DNA of 64,000 nucleotides from the human T2T-CHM13v2.0 reference genome, Homo sapiens, in assembly GCF_009914755.1 (NCBI RefSeq), contig NC_060929.1, one strand, 5' to 3'. The stretch's first letter is position 1; each line of letters opens with the position of its first letter. The notes beneath the pieces are model-generated. The model had not been told where the DNA came from. It searched no databases and saw only the letters and a program-made list of their open reading frames with translations. Below, in pieces: positions 1 through 15,401 of this stretch. The position numbers were made by a program, and so were the translations under genes.

Positions 1-830
<830 letters not shown>

Positions 831-1774
831 ACGTTTATATATTTATTTGTAAGTATGCAAATATGCTTATATAAAAGCACATATTTATATATCAACATAA
901 AAATACATATATACGAGACACACACTCTTCATTGGGAACATGGAGTGAGGGCCACTGTCTCAGGCATGGGAGGGGATTATCAACTAGCTAGCCATGGAAT
1001 AGAAAAGCTATAGAAACTTACACCAATATAGCAGAGAGGATATTAGAACAGAAATAAAGGAAAAAGTACGAGAGTGCAAAAAGGTTGTAGATAACCAAAT
1101 TCCCATGGCACTTTTAATGGAAGCTTTTGGAGGATTTCCAGAAAGGAAATGATATGTGTTATCCATAATATGATGGACAACTCTTTAGATATTTTAGTTG
1201 TGGAGAGAATTTACGGAAGAGTAGGGCACACAAGTTAGGGAAGCATTATGAAAGTTAAAAAAAGAAAACAGTTTCTTAATGTCACTTATGTTAAAATTTA
1301 AGTAGAAAGAATAGCTGATTGTTTAACAGAATGTCACAGGTGTGTTTGCTACTAGAGACCACAATTGATTCTAACCTGACAACAGGAATCATATCACAAG
1401 GCCGGATCAAAAAAATTAAAAACAAGTATCACTTTCAGAGTTCAACTGTGAACTTTGCCAGTGATTTTTCAGTGTCGCATTGTGTCTTAGCTGGAGGGTA
1501 GAATGACTGTAACTTATAAGGCCAAGGGACAGGGAAAGTGTTAAAGGTCACCTCCTTTGGTTGTGGGAGGTCTCTTCAGGAGATATGGGAAGAGTTAATC
1601 TCATAATAGAGTTAAGAGACCGTTTTGTTACTGTCAAGTTGAAATTTTCTCTTTAAAAGATACCCAAAACATGAGTTTGTGATAAAGTGGAACTTCATTT
1701 GTGAAACTTCATTGTGAAACCAGCCTGTTTAGTAATTGTCTTTTGGATTCTCATTGTTCATTATCCTCCCTTAG

Positions 1775-2080
1775 GGCTGGGTGAGGTGGCTCATTCCTGT
1801 AAACCCGGCACTTGAAGAGGCTGAGGTGGGAGGATTGCTTGAGCCCAAGAGTTCAAGACCAGCCTGGGTAACATAGGGAGACCCCCATCTCTACAAAAAA
1901 TAAAAAATTAGCCAGGCATGGTGGCATGCATTGGTAGTCCCAGTCACTTGGGAGACTTGAGGTGGTAGGATCACTTAAGCCTGGGAGGTCGAGGCTGGAG
2001 CTGAGATAGCACCACACTGCACTCCAGCCTGGGCAACAGAGTGAGACCCTGTCTCAAAAATTAAAATAATAATAATAATA
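1775..2080 (+). mobile_element. AluJ
   Basis: Diverged Alu dimer with AAT tail. Confidence 0.88.
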
Positions 2081-2262
2081 GTCCTTCCTTGGCATCAAGT
2101 AAAAGGGATTATGGTTCATATAGAACAGCCTTGGTTTCTATTGCAATGTTAGCATTAAATAATTAGAATATCTTCTTGGAGATAATAAGACATTTCCTCT
2201 TAATATTTCAACTAATGTTATCAAATATTTTTGTCTCTATATTGATTTAGTCATTCTTCTGA

Positions 2263-2712
<450 letters not shown>

Positions 2713-3061
2713 CCTCCATCCCCCAAGTTTTTAACAGGGTCATGTTCTTGCTCGTAGCATCTCAAGTCTATCCTTTTAAAAATACATACTTGTGACAGGC
2801 CATAGATCCAGGCTTTAGTTAAAAAGTAGCCTAGATAGAATTCAGTAGATTTGGGTGCTTGGCTATGTACATTAGAAGTAAAGAATGAAACCAATTTTTA
2901 GGAAGAAATTGAAATGTCAAAATTAATTTTTACCTTTTTTTCTTCCATCTCCATTCCTACCTCCACTCCCTACATAGGACTAAGCTGAAATTTAAATGGA
3001 ACGATTACCAACTTAGTTTCTTTTAAATCCTTTCATTTGGTTTTAAAATTGTAGGAAAATT

Positions 3062-3367
3062 GGCAGCCGGGCGCAGTGGCTCACTCCTGTAATCCTAGCA
3101 CTTTGGGAGGCCGAGACAGGTGGATCACAAGGTCAGGAGATTGAGACCATCCTGGCTAACACAGTGAAACCCCGTCCCTACTAAAAATACAAAAAAATTA
3201 GCCAGGCATGGTAGCGGGCGCCTGTAGTCCCAGCTACTTGGGAGGCTGAGGCAGGAGAATGAGGCGTGAACCTGGGAGACGGAGCTTGCAGTGACCCGAG
3301 ATTGCGCCACTGCACTCCAGCCTTGGAGACAGAGTGAGACTCTGTCTCAAAAAAAAAAAAAAAAAAA
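3062..3367 (+). mobile_element. AluY/Sc-like element with TSD
   Basis: TSD AAAATTGTAGGAAAATT at 3045-3061 and 3364-3380. Confidence 0.92.
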
Positions 3368-4806
3368 TTGTAGGAAAATTATAAAGTTCAGAGTTTATCC
3401 AGACTTCAAGTTTTGGATATGGATTAATTAAAGCTGTTGGCAATAGAGAATAGTTTCCTCTTTTCATGCCATGAGTTCATTACTATGGAGACTGTTTCAA
3501 AGAAGCAACATTTTAAAACATTGAAGACCTTAAGTTCCTTTCTAAAGAGTTGTTAATATGTAGCTGTTGGATTGATGGGACCCCATGTTAGCTCTGGTTC
3601 CCAGAGTATTTAGTGGAACTAGCTAGAGTCCTTGCTGGCATCCTGGAAGGCCTGCCCCAGCCGCAAGCCATTGGAGAACCTCTGTTTATCCGTTATTCCT
3701 TAGCTTTTGAGAGTCATGGTTCTGTGGGGTCAGAGTTCAGACTGCTGTTTCCTAAAGGAATGTTTGTAGTTCCGAGTCACTTTAAAAGTCCTGTTCTAAA
3801 TCCTGATTTATAGAAGGTGGGACTATAGTAGAGAACTAACAACCAGGTCCCCCTATCCATTCCTTAGATGAGGAAGACCTGTTGAGGGTTCTTCAGTCAT
3901 TCTTCTCAAGGTGGGTGCAGATGGCATGTGGGCTTTGGAGATGTAAAAGTGTTGCATGATGATTCTTATTTTATAACTTACAGTATAGAACTAGGTCCAT
4001 ATGTGTACTCAGTAAGGATTTGTAGTGTAGATAACTCAACTTACATGTAAAACTCTTCCAAAACAGAAATGTAATTCCTTCAACATAGAGAAATCCCAGT
4101 GCCATTCCCCCCGCCATGCATTTGTGGCTACCAATTTGGAAGACAGTTCATCCAACAAAAATTTTAGTACCTTCACAAATTCTTTTTTGAGGGGTATCTT
4201 GGGTGCCCATTTTAGTTTCAAAAGTAGATTTTGACACACTTCAAAATTCAGAGGAAAGTAACCCAGCATTTAGTGAGTGCCTACTGTGCCCTGGGCTTTT
4301 GATATTTTTCATCATATGTAAGTTTAGTGAAATGTTCTTCTTCCCTCTGAGAATATTTCCCCAAACCTGAAATTAAACCCATTAGCCTGTCTCTACATGT
4401 AGGCATAAGCCTGGCACTTTTCTTATGAATCACATAGGAGAATATTACTGCCAATTACATAGTTTCAAAAGTAACAAAACACTACACAAATGAAGAAAAA
4501 TTTTCACATTTATTGGGGCAGAAATGTGAAGATTGTCATAATGAGTTGCTATTACATAATGGTATAAAGAAAATTACCTTGGATGGAAATTTGTAAATTA
4601 GAAGGACCTAGTTAAATATGAGAGATACTTTCTTTTCCTACTTTCAAACTTTTCCTTTTTGAATATTGATGAACATGCTGATTGATATATCCTCTGATTC
4701 AAATACCTTGCCTATTTGAAAGCAAGTCAATTCAGCTCTGTTATTGAATAAGTTTAAACCATCTATGAAAAAAGTAAACTTAGTAACGGCCTTCTTTTAC
4801 CTTCAG

Positions 4807-4857
4807 GTCGTCTAAACTATTCATATCCAGGATCCGATAGCTCTCTGCTTATTAATG
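4807..4857 (+). CDS. CPEB4: CPEB4 51-nt cassette exon (conventionally exon 3), (G)RLNYSYPGSDSSLLIN
   Basis: Pyrimidine tract + cttcAG acceptor; ATG|GTAAGT donor; 51 nt, phase 1-1, no stop. Peptide recognised from the CPEB4 N-terminal region. Confidence 0.92.
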
Positions 4858-6274
4858 GTAAGTGATAATTGATTTACCCTAGTGAAGTGCACAAAACTGA
4901 TACAGTAGTTGTGCTTCAGCAGTGGAGAAATGACATTAGTTTGTTCTGTAATGATAACTGTAAGTTGCTATTAAACTATCAGCTATTTTAAGAATGATTC
5001 TTTTAGCTCACAATTGTGGCAGAAACTTTTCTTTTTAATATGAGGGCCAACTGATTCCCTGTCCTGAACTTGGTGACAATGAGAATGAAAATCCCATAAT
5101 GATACCTAAAGATTGGCTTTATCTAATATTAGCTTCTGTAGAGTGACCTTTGAAATGTCAACATAAAAGCCATTTCCACGTGGCTGGAAAAATGTTCCAA
5201 GAGGAAAGGATAAGCAGAGATCTAAAACCAGAAAAAGGCAGCCTAAAACCACAGTGCTTGACATTGCATAGGACAAGGTCATTTGCTGTTTGCTGTCTAA
5301 CAAAAACAAGAAACATGAAGTTTTATTGGCTTTCCAGTGTCTTCATTAGATTCTCCTTTCCTGTGCTAATGTTCTGTTGAGTTCTCTTTTTATGCGCATA
5401 GTGAAGCAAGCTAAGTTTCACCAGGAGGAGGGAATATCCACTCACAAGAATTTTAGTGTCTGTTTTTTTAGTATCATGGTCTAAAACAATTGGGTGAAAT
5501 ACAGAGGTCTTGTTTACTTCTTTTCTACTAATTTGCTATGGAATGTGGATTTCAAATTTCTGTGTGTAGAAAATGTCTTCCATTTGTCAAAGCTCATTTT
5601 AAGTCCCACGACCTCTAAGAAGTGTTATGGACTAAATAACTATATTCTCATAATTCCCAAAACAAATAAAAATAAAAATTCTTCCACTCCTTGATTTTAG
5701 TATGTTGTGAATGAGGAGTTAAAAATTATTTTTATAACTGGATCTCCTTTTGAAATCAATATGTTGAAGGATTGTTGAGCCAGGAGAAGTTAGCAGGAGA
5801 TTTGATGTTTGAGAATTGCTGGGTACATCAGATCTTCTAGAGACTAAATAGTTTATAAAATCTTACTTGGTCATCAGATGTAGGTCTTTTCATGCTACAG
5901 TGCGAGAAATAATACCATAATGTAATATTCTAGCATAAATATATTAGGCCAAAAACCAAACCCAGTGGCGACAGTGGCATCAGGATAAGGAGAACATAAG
6001 GGATATATATATACATGCAGAAGAGTTTACCTTTTCCTTTGGAACTAGTTCAAGTCAGTTCCAAGTACTGGAAATTGTAGTGAACCAAGATTGGGGATAT
6101 TACTGTGTCATCTTAGGCAAAGTGATCAACTCTTCTTTGTCCCAGTTTCCTTATGAAGGTGTTCCTGTTGGATTAGTTGCCTCTGGGGCCCATCTTGTTG
6201 AGGGTTGTCGAGAAAAATAAACTCTCTCTAGTGGGTTTTCCTTAAAGCTAAATTGACTTAACTAGGAAAAAAAA

Positions 6275-6556
6275 GCCACCTGTAATCCCAGCACTTTGGG
6301 AGACTAAAGCAGGAGGATTCCTTGAGTCCAGGAATTCAACACCAGCCTCAGCAACATGGCCAAACCTTGTCTCTACAAAAGATTTTTAAAAACTAGCCAG
6401 GTGTGGTGGCACATGCTTGTAGTCCCAACTACTTGGGAGGCTGAGGTGGGAGGATTGCTTGGGCCGAGGAGGTCAAGGGTGCAGTGAGCCATGATTGCAC
6501 CACTGTACTCCAGCCACAGTAACAGAGTGACACCCTGCCTCAAAAAAAGAAAAAAG
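6275..6556 (+). mobile_element. AluJ
   Basis: Diverged Alu dimer. Confidence 0.88.
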
Positions 6557-8511
6557 TATACTATTATGAGATTGCCTTTCCTTTTTTCTTCATTACTATC
6601 CTTTCTTTCATAAATAATTTTTAATGATCTTACTTGTCAATAAAAAAATAAAAGTAACTTTTTCCCAAAATATTTATGTTTTCAAATTTTACTGGTCCAT
6701 GAACTTTAAGAGAAGACTAGATAGTTTTTAATGTTGTATACGTGGAAATTTTGTTTATTATAAAGGCATACTGACTTGGGTTAACATTGCCTCAAACTGA
6801 AAGACATGAAGATAAAGGACAAAGAGAGATGTCTTTCTTCTAAGAAACATCTCTTGCTGGCTCCCCAAGCAAGACCCGGGAGTGTGGGGTTTACAGTTGC
6901 CGTGGTCTCAGGTCTAGTACTGAGCTTCATGGGGCCCCAAAACTTGATTTTGTCAGATTTGATGAAGGATTAGTTTTTTAGTAACCAACCAACTAGGACC
7001 AGATGCCAATTTATTCATTTATAATGAAGCATAAAACTTCCAGGTAGACCAGATGCCAGAGGTGACTACTCGACCGACCTATTCTCTCTCCAGTAGCAAT
7101 GTCCAGATTAGAGCAGAAGATTGCTTGAAAGTCATGAAATTAAAACTAGGTAGGGAGGAGAGGTGTTGAGAATTTTTTAGTGACCTTGATCAAGATATGC
7201 ACATTGTCCATTCTGTCAGTCATGTTTGTGAAATATCTTCTAGAGTGGATCACATCTGTAGACAAATTAACCTCATTCATGTATTCATTCTTAGTAGCTT
7301 TGCTCTCACTTTAGCTCAGGTTTTGGGGGTACCTGTATTGCAAATCTGGCATAATGAATTGTGCTTAGTGAAGATTAATTAAAGAATTTACAGGTACTAC
7401 CCATCACATAGGGTTGTGGTGAAGATTCAATGTGTGTAAATCACTTAGCATAGCACCTGGCACGTAGTAAGTCAAAATAAGAGAATTAGAATAAGTAATA
7501 TTTTTGGTTAGGAATTAATCTCATTCATGTATTGATTCTTAATAGCTGAAAATATATAAGAAAAAAATACAGAACAAAGGATTAATATGAGTTTGCAAAA
7601 ATTGTTGAAAGTTGAACATGCTTTCATTGTCTGTCATTAAGGTAGATAATCTAAAACTATGCACTTTCAAATGCATTCCCTTCATGTCTTGTGTCCATGC
7701 AGCCTTTTCTTAAAACTGAAAATAAAAGCCTAATCTATTATGTCACTTTATAGTCATTGTTTAATTTTAAGACTGAAAGGTGCTGTAAGGAGCTATTCTT
7801 CCTTGTCCACCGTAATCTATTCAGGCTTTTAAAAACCTTTAATAAGGTGATTATATAGCCACTCTGCTTTGTTTCAATGTAACTTTCAGAGCTTTTTCTT
7901 CCAAGTTATCTGTTGAAAGCCGTTTCTTGTTTTGTTTCGATAAAAATGTAGAGCAGCTGTTTATTCTCTTTCTCACATGAACATTTGAATTTTGACTCTC
8001 TGATTTTTATTTTATGCTTTATTTTGAAATTTTCAAGCAACCTCAAAGCTTTTAGAAAGAGGTTTAAATCCTCAATAAACAGAAAGAAAATCCCCTCACC
8101 AGCCTCTTATTGGAAAAATTATAACAATAATTAAAAGAAAAAAAGTCAGAGTCACCAACCAGTTTTCAGTGGTTTATATTGGACTAATGTTGTAATTTGC
8201 CTTTACAAAGATAAATAGGGTGTATTCATCCATGGATCAAATTATTTTTTTGCCCTGCTCGATCATCAATTTCCTACAGTTTCATACAATGACCTTCGTA
8301 TACCACTCATGTTAAAAGGCAGTGCCAATATAATTCAACAATGATTGGTAATTGTGTTAAGAATGTTACAATTCACACTCTAGGGAATTTTTCAATTTAT
8401 TGCTGTGTTAATAGTTGTAGAGATTTTTTTGAGGGGCAATCTTGGGGACAGTTCTTGGATTTTCAATGTATTTTTAAAACCAAACTATCTAAAGCTACTT
8501 TTTGGGTGCTC

Positions 8512-8900
8512 TATTAGTTTGCTAGGGCTGCTATAATAAGTACCACTGACTACTGGCTTAAACAGAAATTTACTTCCTCAGTTCTGGAGGCTAGAAGTAC
8601 AAAAGCAAGGTGTTATCAGGGTTCATTTATTTTGAGGCATCTCTCTATGGCTTATAGATAGCTGTGTTGCCACATGGTTTTCCATCTGTGCATGTCTGTG
8701 TCCTGAACTCTTCTTATAAAGACACCAGTCATATTGGATTAGGGACCACCCAAGTGACCTCATTTAACCTTAATTACCTTTTTAAAGACCCTGTCTCCAA
8801 ATATAGTCACATTCTGAGGTACTGGAGGTTAGGACTTCAACATATGAATTTGGGCAGGAGGGTGGGGGTAGGGGGTGGCCACATAATTCAGCCCATAATA
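8512..8900 (-). mobile_element. MLT1 (MaLR) LTR
   Basis: TATTAGTTTGCTAGGGCTGC...GTTCTGGAGGCTAGAAG...ATTCAGCCCATAATA. Confidence 0.8.
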
Positions 8901-9377
8901 GATGCCTTATACTAGTAAATTTCATGTAGTAGGGATATAGTTAGAATGCCCATTTTATGGTTATGAGAAGCAAGCCTAAAACTTAGTTTCCCAGTTAAGT
9001 GAGAAGAAGTGTTAAACATAGTCTAGTTACCTCAAATTCCTCTGGAGTATCTTGGCTTAGCTCTGAGATAGACATTGGATTAAAAGATTAGTTTTCCTCT
9101 TACCCAGCTTGAAACTTTATTTTACCTAAGAAACCACCACCACCTCTGTATAAAAATGCTTGTGCATTATACTTTTTTTTTTTTTTTCTCTAACCTTTCA
9201 TTCTCCTGCTTTAGCCCTCAGGATTAGCTACTTCAAAAATGAATCTTGTGGCAGGAGAAAGTTATAGAGCAAAAAAAACCTGTTAAGTTTTAACAACTCA
9301 TATATGTATTTTCTTTCCTTTGAGGAAGTGATTAGTAAGAGATCTATTAAGGGTAGCACAGAACAACATTTCTTTCC

Positions 9378-9708
<331 letters not shown>

Positions 9709-10518
9709 TAATTATAGTTTTTTGGAATGAAAAGAGGAAGATTGTTTGCTTGGGAGGGGGAAGAAATCTATCAAAAAGGAAGGTGTAATTTACTCAAGAG
9801 AAATGTAGATGATGATCACTTACTGAAAATGTGTGTAATATGGTTCTAGTTGCTACAATAATAAGCATGTTGAAAGATCCCTTCATTGAAAAGATAATAT
9901 GAAAACAAACTGTAAACTCTAAAGTGCTCTACAATTGTTAACCTTAAAATGCTAATGAAAAGCTGAGAATAATTGTTGAAGATCATACTCAGAATATATG
10001 CATATGAATTTACTTTTGGGAAAGGGAGATTATTTATTGAGTATGTGACTGACCATTACATATACACATTGTGTTTTTCATTATTCTCTCATTTGCTTCC
10101 CATTTTTATAAATAAAGAAACTGAGGGTTAGGGACATAAGGAAACTAGAGTTGCATTCTCTGCTCTTTTCTAAGGTAGGCCTTACAAATAATAGTGTCTT
10201 TATCATATCTTAGGAACATTCTTTGAATGTTGTTGTACCAACAAGCTAATATAAGCATAAGCCAATGTGATAGGAATTTCTAACTATAAAGCAAATGTAA
10301 ATTAATTTTGTGGCAGTGAGCCTATTAAATTAGGGATTAATTTATAAAATCATTTAAAATGGTTCTTTGCATCTTTGTTGAATCGTATGCTTTGGTCTTT
10401 GTGATGATTGTGTCTGCTTTTTGGTTCTACCATCTTTATTCTTTTGTTCACAGATTAATTCCTTTTAGCTTCAAGCCTTTGATTTATATCTTTTCAACTG
10501 ATTTACTAATTTGGCTAA

Positions 10519-10881
<363 letters not shown>

Positions 10882-11361
10882 AAAAGAAGCCAGTTATCTG
10901 ATAACATCTTATCATCTGAGCTACACCCCCCTTTTTTTTCCAGATAGAATTGCTATTTGTCTTCTCACCTTGGGGCAGAGAGAGGTGCACAGTTGGAGAG
11001 CCTAAGGTAGATCAGCGTAACCCGAATAGGATCCGTTTTTTCATTGTCCACTAAAACATAGTAATATCTTATCCTTCATGGCCTAAAGTCCTATTCGTGA
11101 CAGAATTGATTAGGTGCTGTCATGTAGGAAAGTATGCTTTTGTATGAAAGTAATAATGTCATTTGTTCATTTTTAATATTAGTACCAAGGAGAAAACCAA
11201 AAAGGGTTCATTAACAAATATAGCAATATAGCATATGCAATAATAATAAATTCAAATGGTACAAAAAGGGATAAAACAAGAAGTGAATGCCTTCTTTCCT
11301 CTTTCTAGAAGTTTCTCTCTCCAAAGGTTCTTGTGGTTGTTTCTAGAAAAAAGTATTTCAT

Positions 11362-11505
11362 GGCCAGGCGCAATGGCTCATGCTTACAATCCTAGCACTT
11401 GGGGAGGCCCAGGTGGATGGATTTCTTGAGCCCAGGAGTTGAGACCAGCCTGGGCAACATGGCAAAACCCCATCTCTATAAAAATAAAAATAAAATAAAA
11501 AGTAA
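11362..11505 (+). mobile_element. Alu monomer (FLAM-like)
   Basis: Left-arm sequence followed by an A-rich tail. Confidence 0.85.
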
Positions 11506-12180
11506 AAAGATTTTATGCATAGTCCCACATATCTATTTATATTTTCTTTATTTTTAAATGTACACAATAAGGATTCTACAATACACACTTAGACACTGCA
11601 TGCAGGCCAGCATCTTAGAGAGCTTTAGGTACATGAACGTGAGCCACATTTAAAAATGCCACATGCTCAGTTAATAGGGTTGCTCCTTTGAAATACGTAC
11701 ATACATACATACATACATACATACAAATGCCACCTACTAGGTGTTTCTTCTTTTGAATGTGTGGGTACTTTGTTTCTTTTTGATTATTACAAATGTTGCA
11801 ACAAATGAGAAAAAAGTACTTTTTATGGGATAAATAATATTTTATTTTTATAATAAAATGTATGGGGAGGGAGAAAGTCAGGGGAGCCCTGACAAGTCTT
11901 TCTGTACCTTCTTCGTAAGTCTGGCATTACAGATTAATGGAACATTTTGCTAGAGGGAATTTGATTCTGCATATAGGGCTAATAACAAGGAAAGGAAGCA
12001 TTTGTAAGCAATCCTGTAAAGACGTTTTAGAAATAAAGTATATCAATAGATCTAATAGCAGGTATCCAGAAGTTATAAAAATTTATGGCCATAATATTTT
12101 GAGCCTTTTTTTTTTTTAACAATCTTGAATCCTGTTAGTTCTGAACATTAAATTATTGAGGACTTTATAAATCAAAACTA

Positions 12181-12470
12181 GGCTGGACACGGTGGCTCAC
12201 GCCTGTAATCCTAGCACTTTGGGAGGCTGAAGTGGGCAGATTGCCTGAGCTCGGGGGTTTGAGACCAGCCTGTTCAACAGGGTAAAACCATGTCTCTAAT
12301 AAAATACAAAAAAAAAAAAAAAAAGCTGGATGTGGTGGTGTATAGTCCCAGCGAGACTGAGGCAAGAAGAATTGCTTGAATCTGGGAGGCAGAGGTTGCA
12401 GTGAGCTGAGATCGTGCCACCGCACTCCAGCCTGGGCGAGAATCCATCTCCAAAAATAAAAATAAAATAA
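12181..12470 (+). mobile_element. AluS with TSD
   Basis: TSD ATAAATCAAAACTA on both sides. Confidence 0.9.
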
Positions 12471-13961
12471 ATCAAAACTAAGAAATAATACAAGTGGATA
12501 AACATATAAATCGTAATCATTTAAACTTTGGTGGGGACTGGGAGATTTTTATTCAGTGGCAAGAGCATGCATCTAAACAATCTTTGAAGAGTCTACTTTT
12601 TGGTAACTGAAGGAAACTTCTGAGCAGGGTTAGTTTGGCTGACTTAGAACTTTTCCAAAATGTAGATTTCTTTGAACATAATTAAAGTCATTTTTTAACT
12701 TACACTTCCTCGGATATTTGAGAAACATCAAATAACAGGCAATACTTGCTAGTCATGAGATTGGAAATCTGTCTGACATTTTCCTCAGGAAAGCAGAGAA
12801 GTTCTATGTTGCAAGAATTTCATCATAAAGTGTGTGCCAATATAATTTGAAATAAGTGAGGAAAAGTGCTTAGTACATCTTTTTTATGTAAGATAAAGTG
12901 GCGTTATTTAGCATTCTATTAATGTCTGCGTTCTGGTTACATAGATCTGTTCAATTTGTAGAAAATTCATTGAACTTATGGTTTATTTTTGTGTATATGT
13001 CATATGTCAAAATTTACATGAAAAATAATGTATAAGTATTACAATAAGTGGAAATAAAAATTACACATTCTCGTTTTGCATGTTCCAGAATGTCATTGTT
13101 TTTATTTCTTCAATATTAATTTACATTAATTTCCTGATTTGATTGGGCAACTTTTATAGTTGTAAACATTATTCACTTATAACCTATTTTCCCTTAATAT
13201 GAGAAAATATCTACATAGCTTTCAGAATTTAATCTCAGAATTTAACCATGAATTATTTTATATTGACCAGTTTAATTTTATAGTATACAATCAAAGTTTG
13301 AGAGTGTACATTTGAAGATTTCGAGAGTATTTGATTGTAACTTTTGATCCACAGCCCTTACTATTCCGGAAATTATTTATTTTTGATATAATGGAAGCCA
13401 TGAGAGTTTTCATGTTAATTTTGTAGCTATATTATAAAAGCTTATTCTTTTCAAATATCTGTTTTCTCAGAAATCCAAGCAGCATCAATCAACTTTTTAA
13501 GATTGACAGCATTAAGATTTTCAAATCGTTACTTTGTTTCCCCAGACTCCCTAATCTTTGAAGCAGTTGTATGAATAGAATGTTCGTAAACAAGCATCTG
13601 CTTTGTGATGCTATTTGTCTTTCTAACCTCTGTCTGATTAAGTCAGAAAATACCTACCCCTCCCCAACCCCCTAAACTTAAGACCTATTAAAGTGAAAGC
13701 ACAAGTGCTTGAGGGAGATTGTATGTTGTGTGAATCCATTTGCTCAAATACTTTGGTGAAATCCAGGGCTATCTAAGTGTGGCAGAAATGTATTTTGGTT
13801 TGAGATATAATTTCACTTTGGAAGATACTCACATAATATTTCTGAGTTATAATTATTTAGCATTTATCTGGAAGAATGAGAATAAAAACCTTGACCAGTT
13901 TGTGAGTTTGTATAGTGATTTCTTAAAGGAGCTATACCTTCTAACTCAAAAACCTATCCCA

Positions 13962-14237
<276 letters not shown>

Positions 14238-15377
14238 CCCATCCCAGTTTACTGTTGAAACCTCATCCCCAGCCAAGTCCCCACTTGTTCTACATGCTTC
14301 TGTTCGGCCACCTTTCCCTGAATGCTACAGCAGCACCCCTGCGTGTAACGCTGTTGAGCCTGGAATGCCCTTCCTCTGTTTTTCTGTTAAGGGCCACCTC
14401 AAATTCCCTACCCCCACCCCCAACTTTTTCATCAGAGTCAGTTCTTCCTCCTCTATTCCTGTTACACCTACCACATAACTAGTATAACAATAGGCATGCT
14501 ACACTGTTGTTTGCTTATGTGGCCTTCTGGCATTAAAAGCTGCTAGTTCCTGGAGGTCAGGGACATGCACTATTTACTATTTATCCACAAGATCAGGCAT
14601 TCAAGAAATGTTCGTTGGATAGAATTGAGGTGTTTGGACAGGCTGGGCTTATAAGTGCCAGTTTGTTTCAGGGAAGACATTTTCTCAAAGGTTTTCTGAT
14701 TTAAAGTTTATACTGTCATTTCCTGAGTATTCCAGTGGATTATTAATTACCTTTACTTTGCCCCTTGGCTACAACCTACTTGGCAATAAAAATACCAAGC
14801 CTTTTACTTTTCAACATTTAGGACTTGGTAGAAGACTTGATTAGGCATAGGGAACTGTTGGCTAAAAGGAAGTTGATGAATTGCTTAAAGATTTCATTTG
14901 TTATGATTTTCTCTTATAAGGGATTAACTGAGGAATACTGTAAAGTTGTTATTTATCTTCTGGTGGTGAAAAAGTCATGAATTAAATATTGGTATATCTA
15001 CTAAATTGCTAGTTAGCAGGGAATTCTGAGAGAAAACGTTATTAATATGGTAATAGTTGGTTTTTATTATGTTGTATACTGCCTTAGTTTCATAATAGTT
15101 TGAACCTTGGGCAACAATTACAGCAAAAAGCTTCCCATAAAACAAATAAGATTCAATAAAGTTTTACAGTGTCCTTGAAGAAATTTTAAAAATGCCCAAA
15201 ATTGACCTCTTACCTCCCGTTCCTTGTTTTTTTAGACATTTACCAGGAAATGAAGAATATAGTCACAGTTTTTCCATTTTCAAAAGCTGGTAGATGAAAT
15301 CACAGTTGATTCTTTTGACAATGTTTGAAAGGTTGTTTTGTTTTTTTGTTTTTGTTTTTTTCTCATTTGACATGCAG

Positions 15378-15401
15378 CAAGGACATATGGGCGAAGGAGA
15401 G
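15378..15401 (+). CDS. CPEB4: CPEB4 24-nt neuronal microexon (exon 4), (A)RTYGRRR(G)
   Basis: Long T/G-rich tract 15333-15368, catgcAG acceptor, exon CAAGGACATATGGGCGAAGGAGAG, GAG|GTAACA donor; phase 1-1. Matches the known CPEB4 microexon peptide. Confidence 0.95.

Noticed and set aside
6825-6854. Bulged hairpin AGAGATG..TTTCT-TCTA-AGAAA-CATCTCT as a possible ncRNA
   Set aside because: Too short for a pre-miRNA and lacks snoRNA boxes; compatible with chance.
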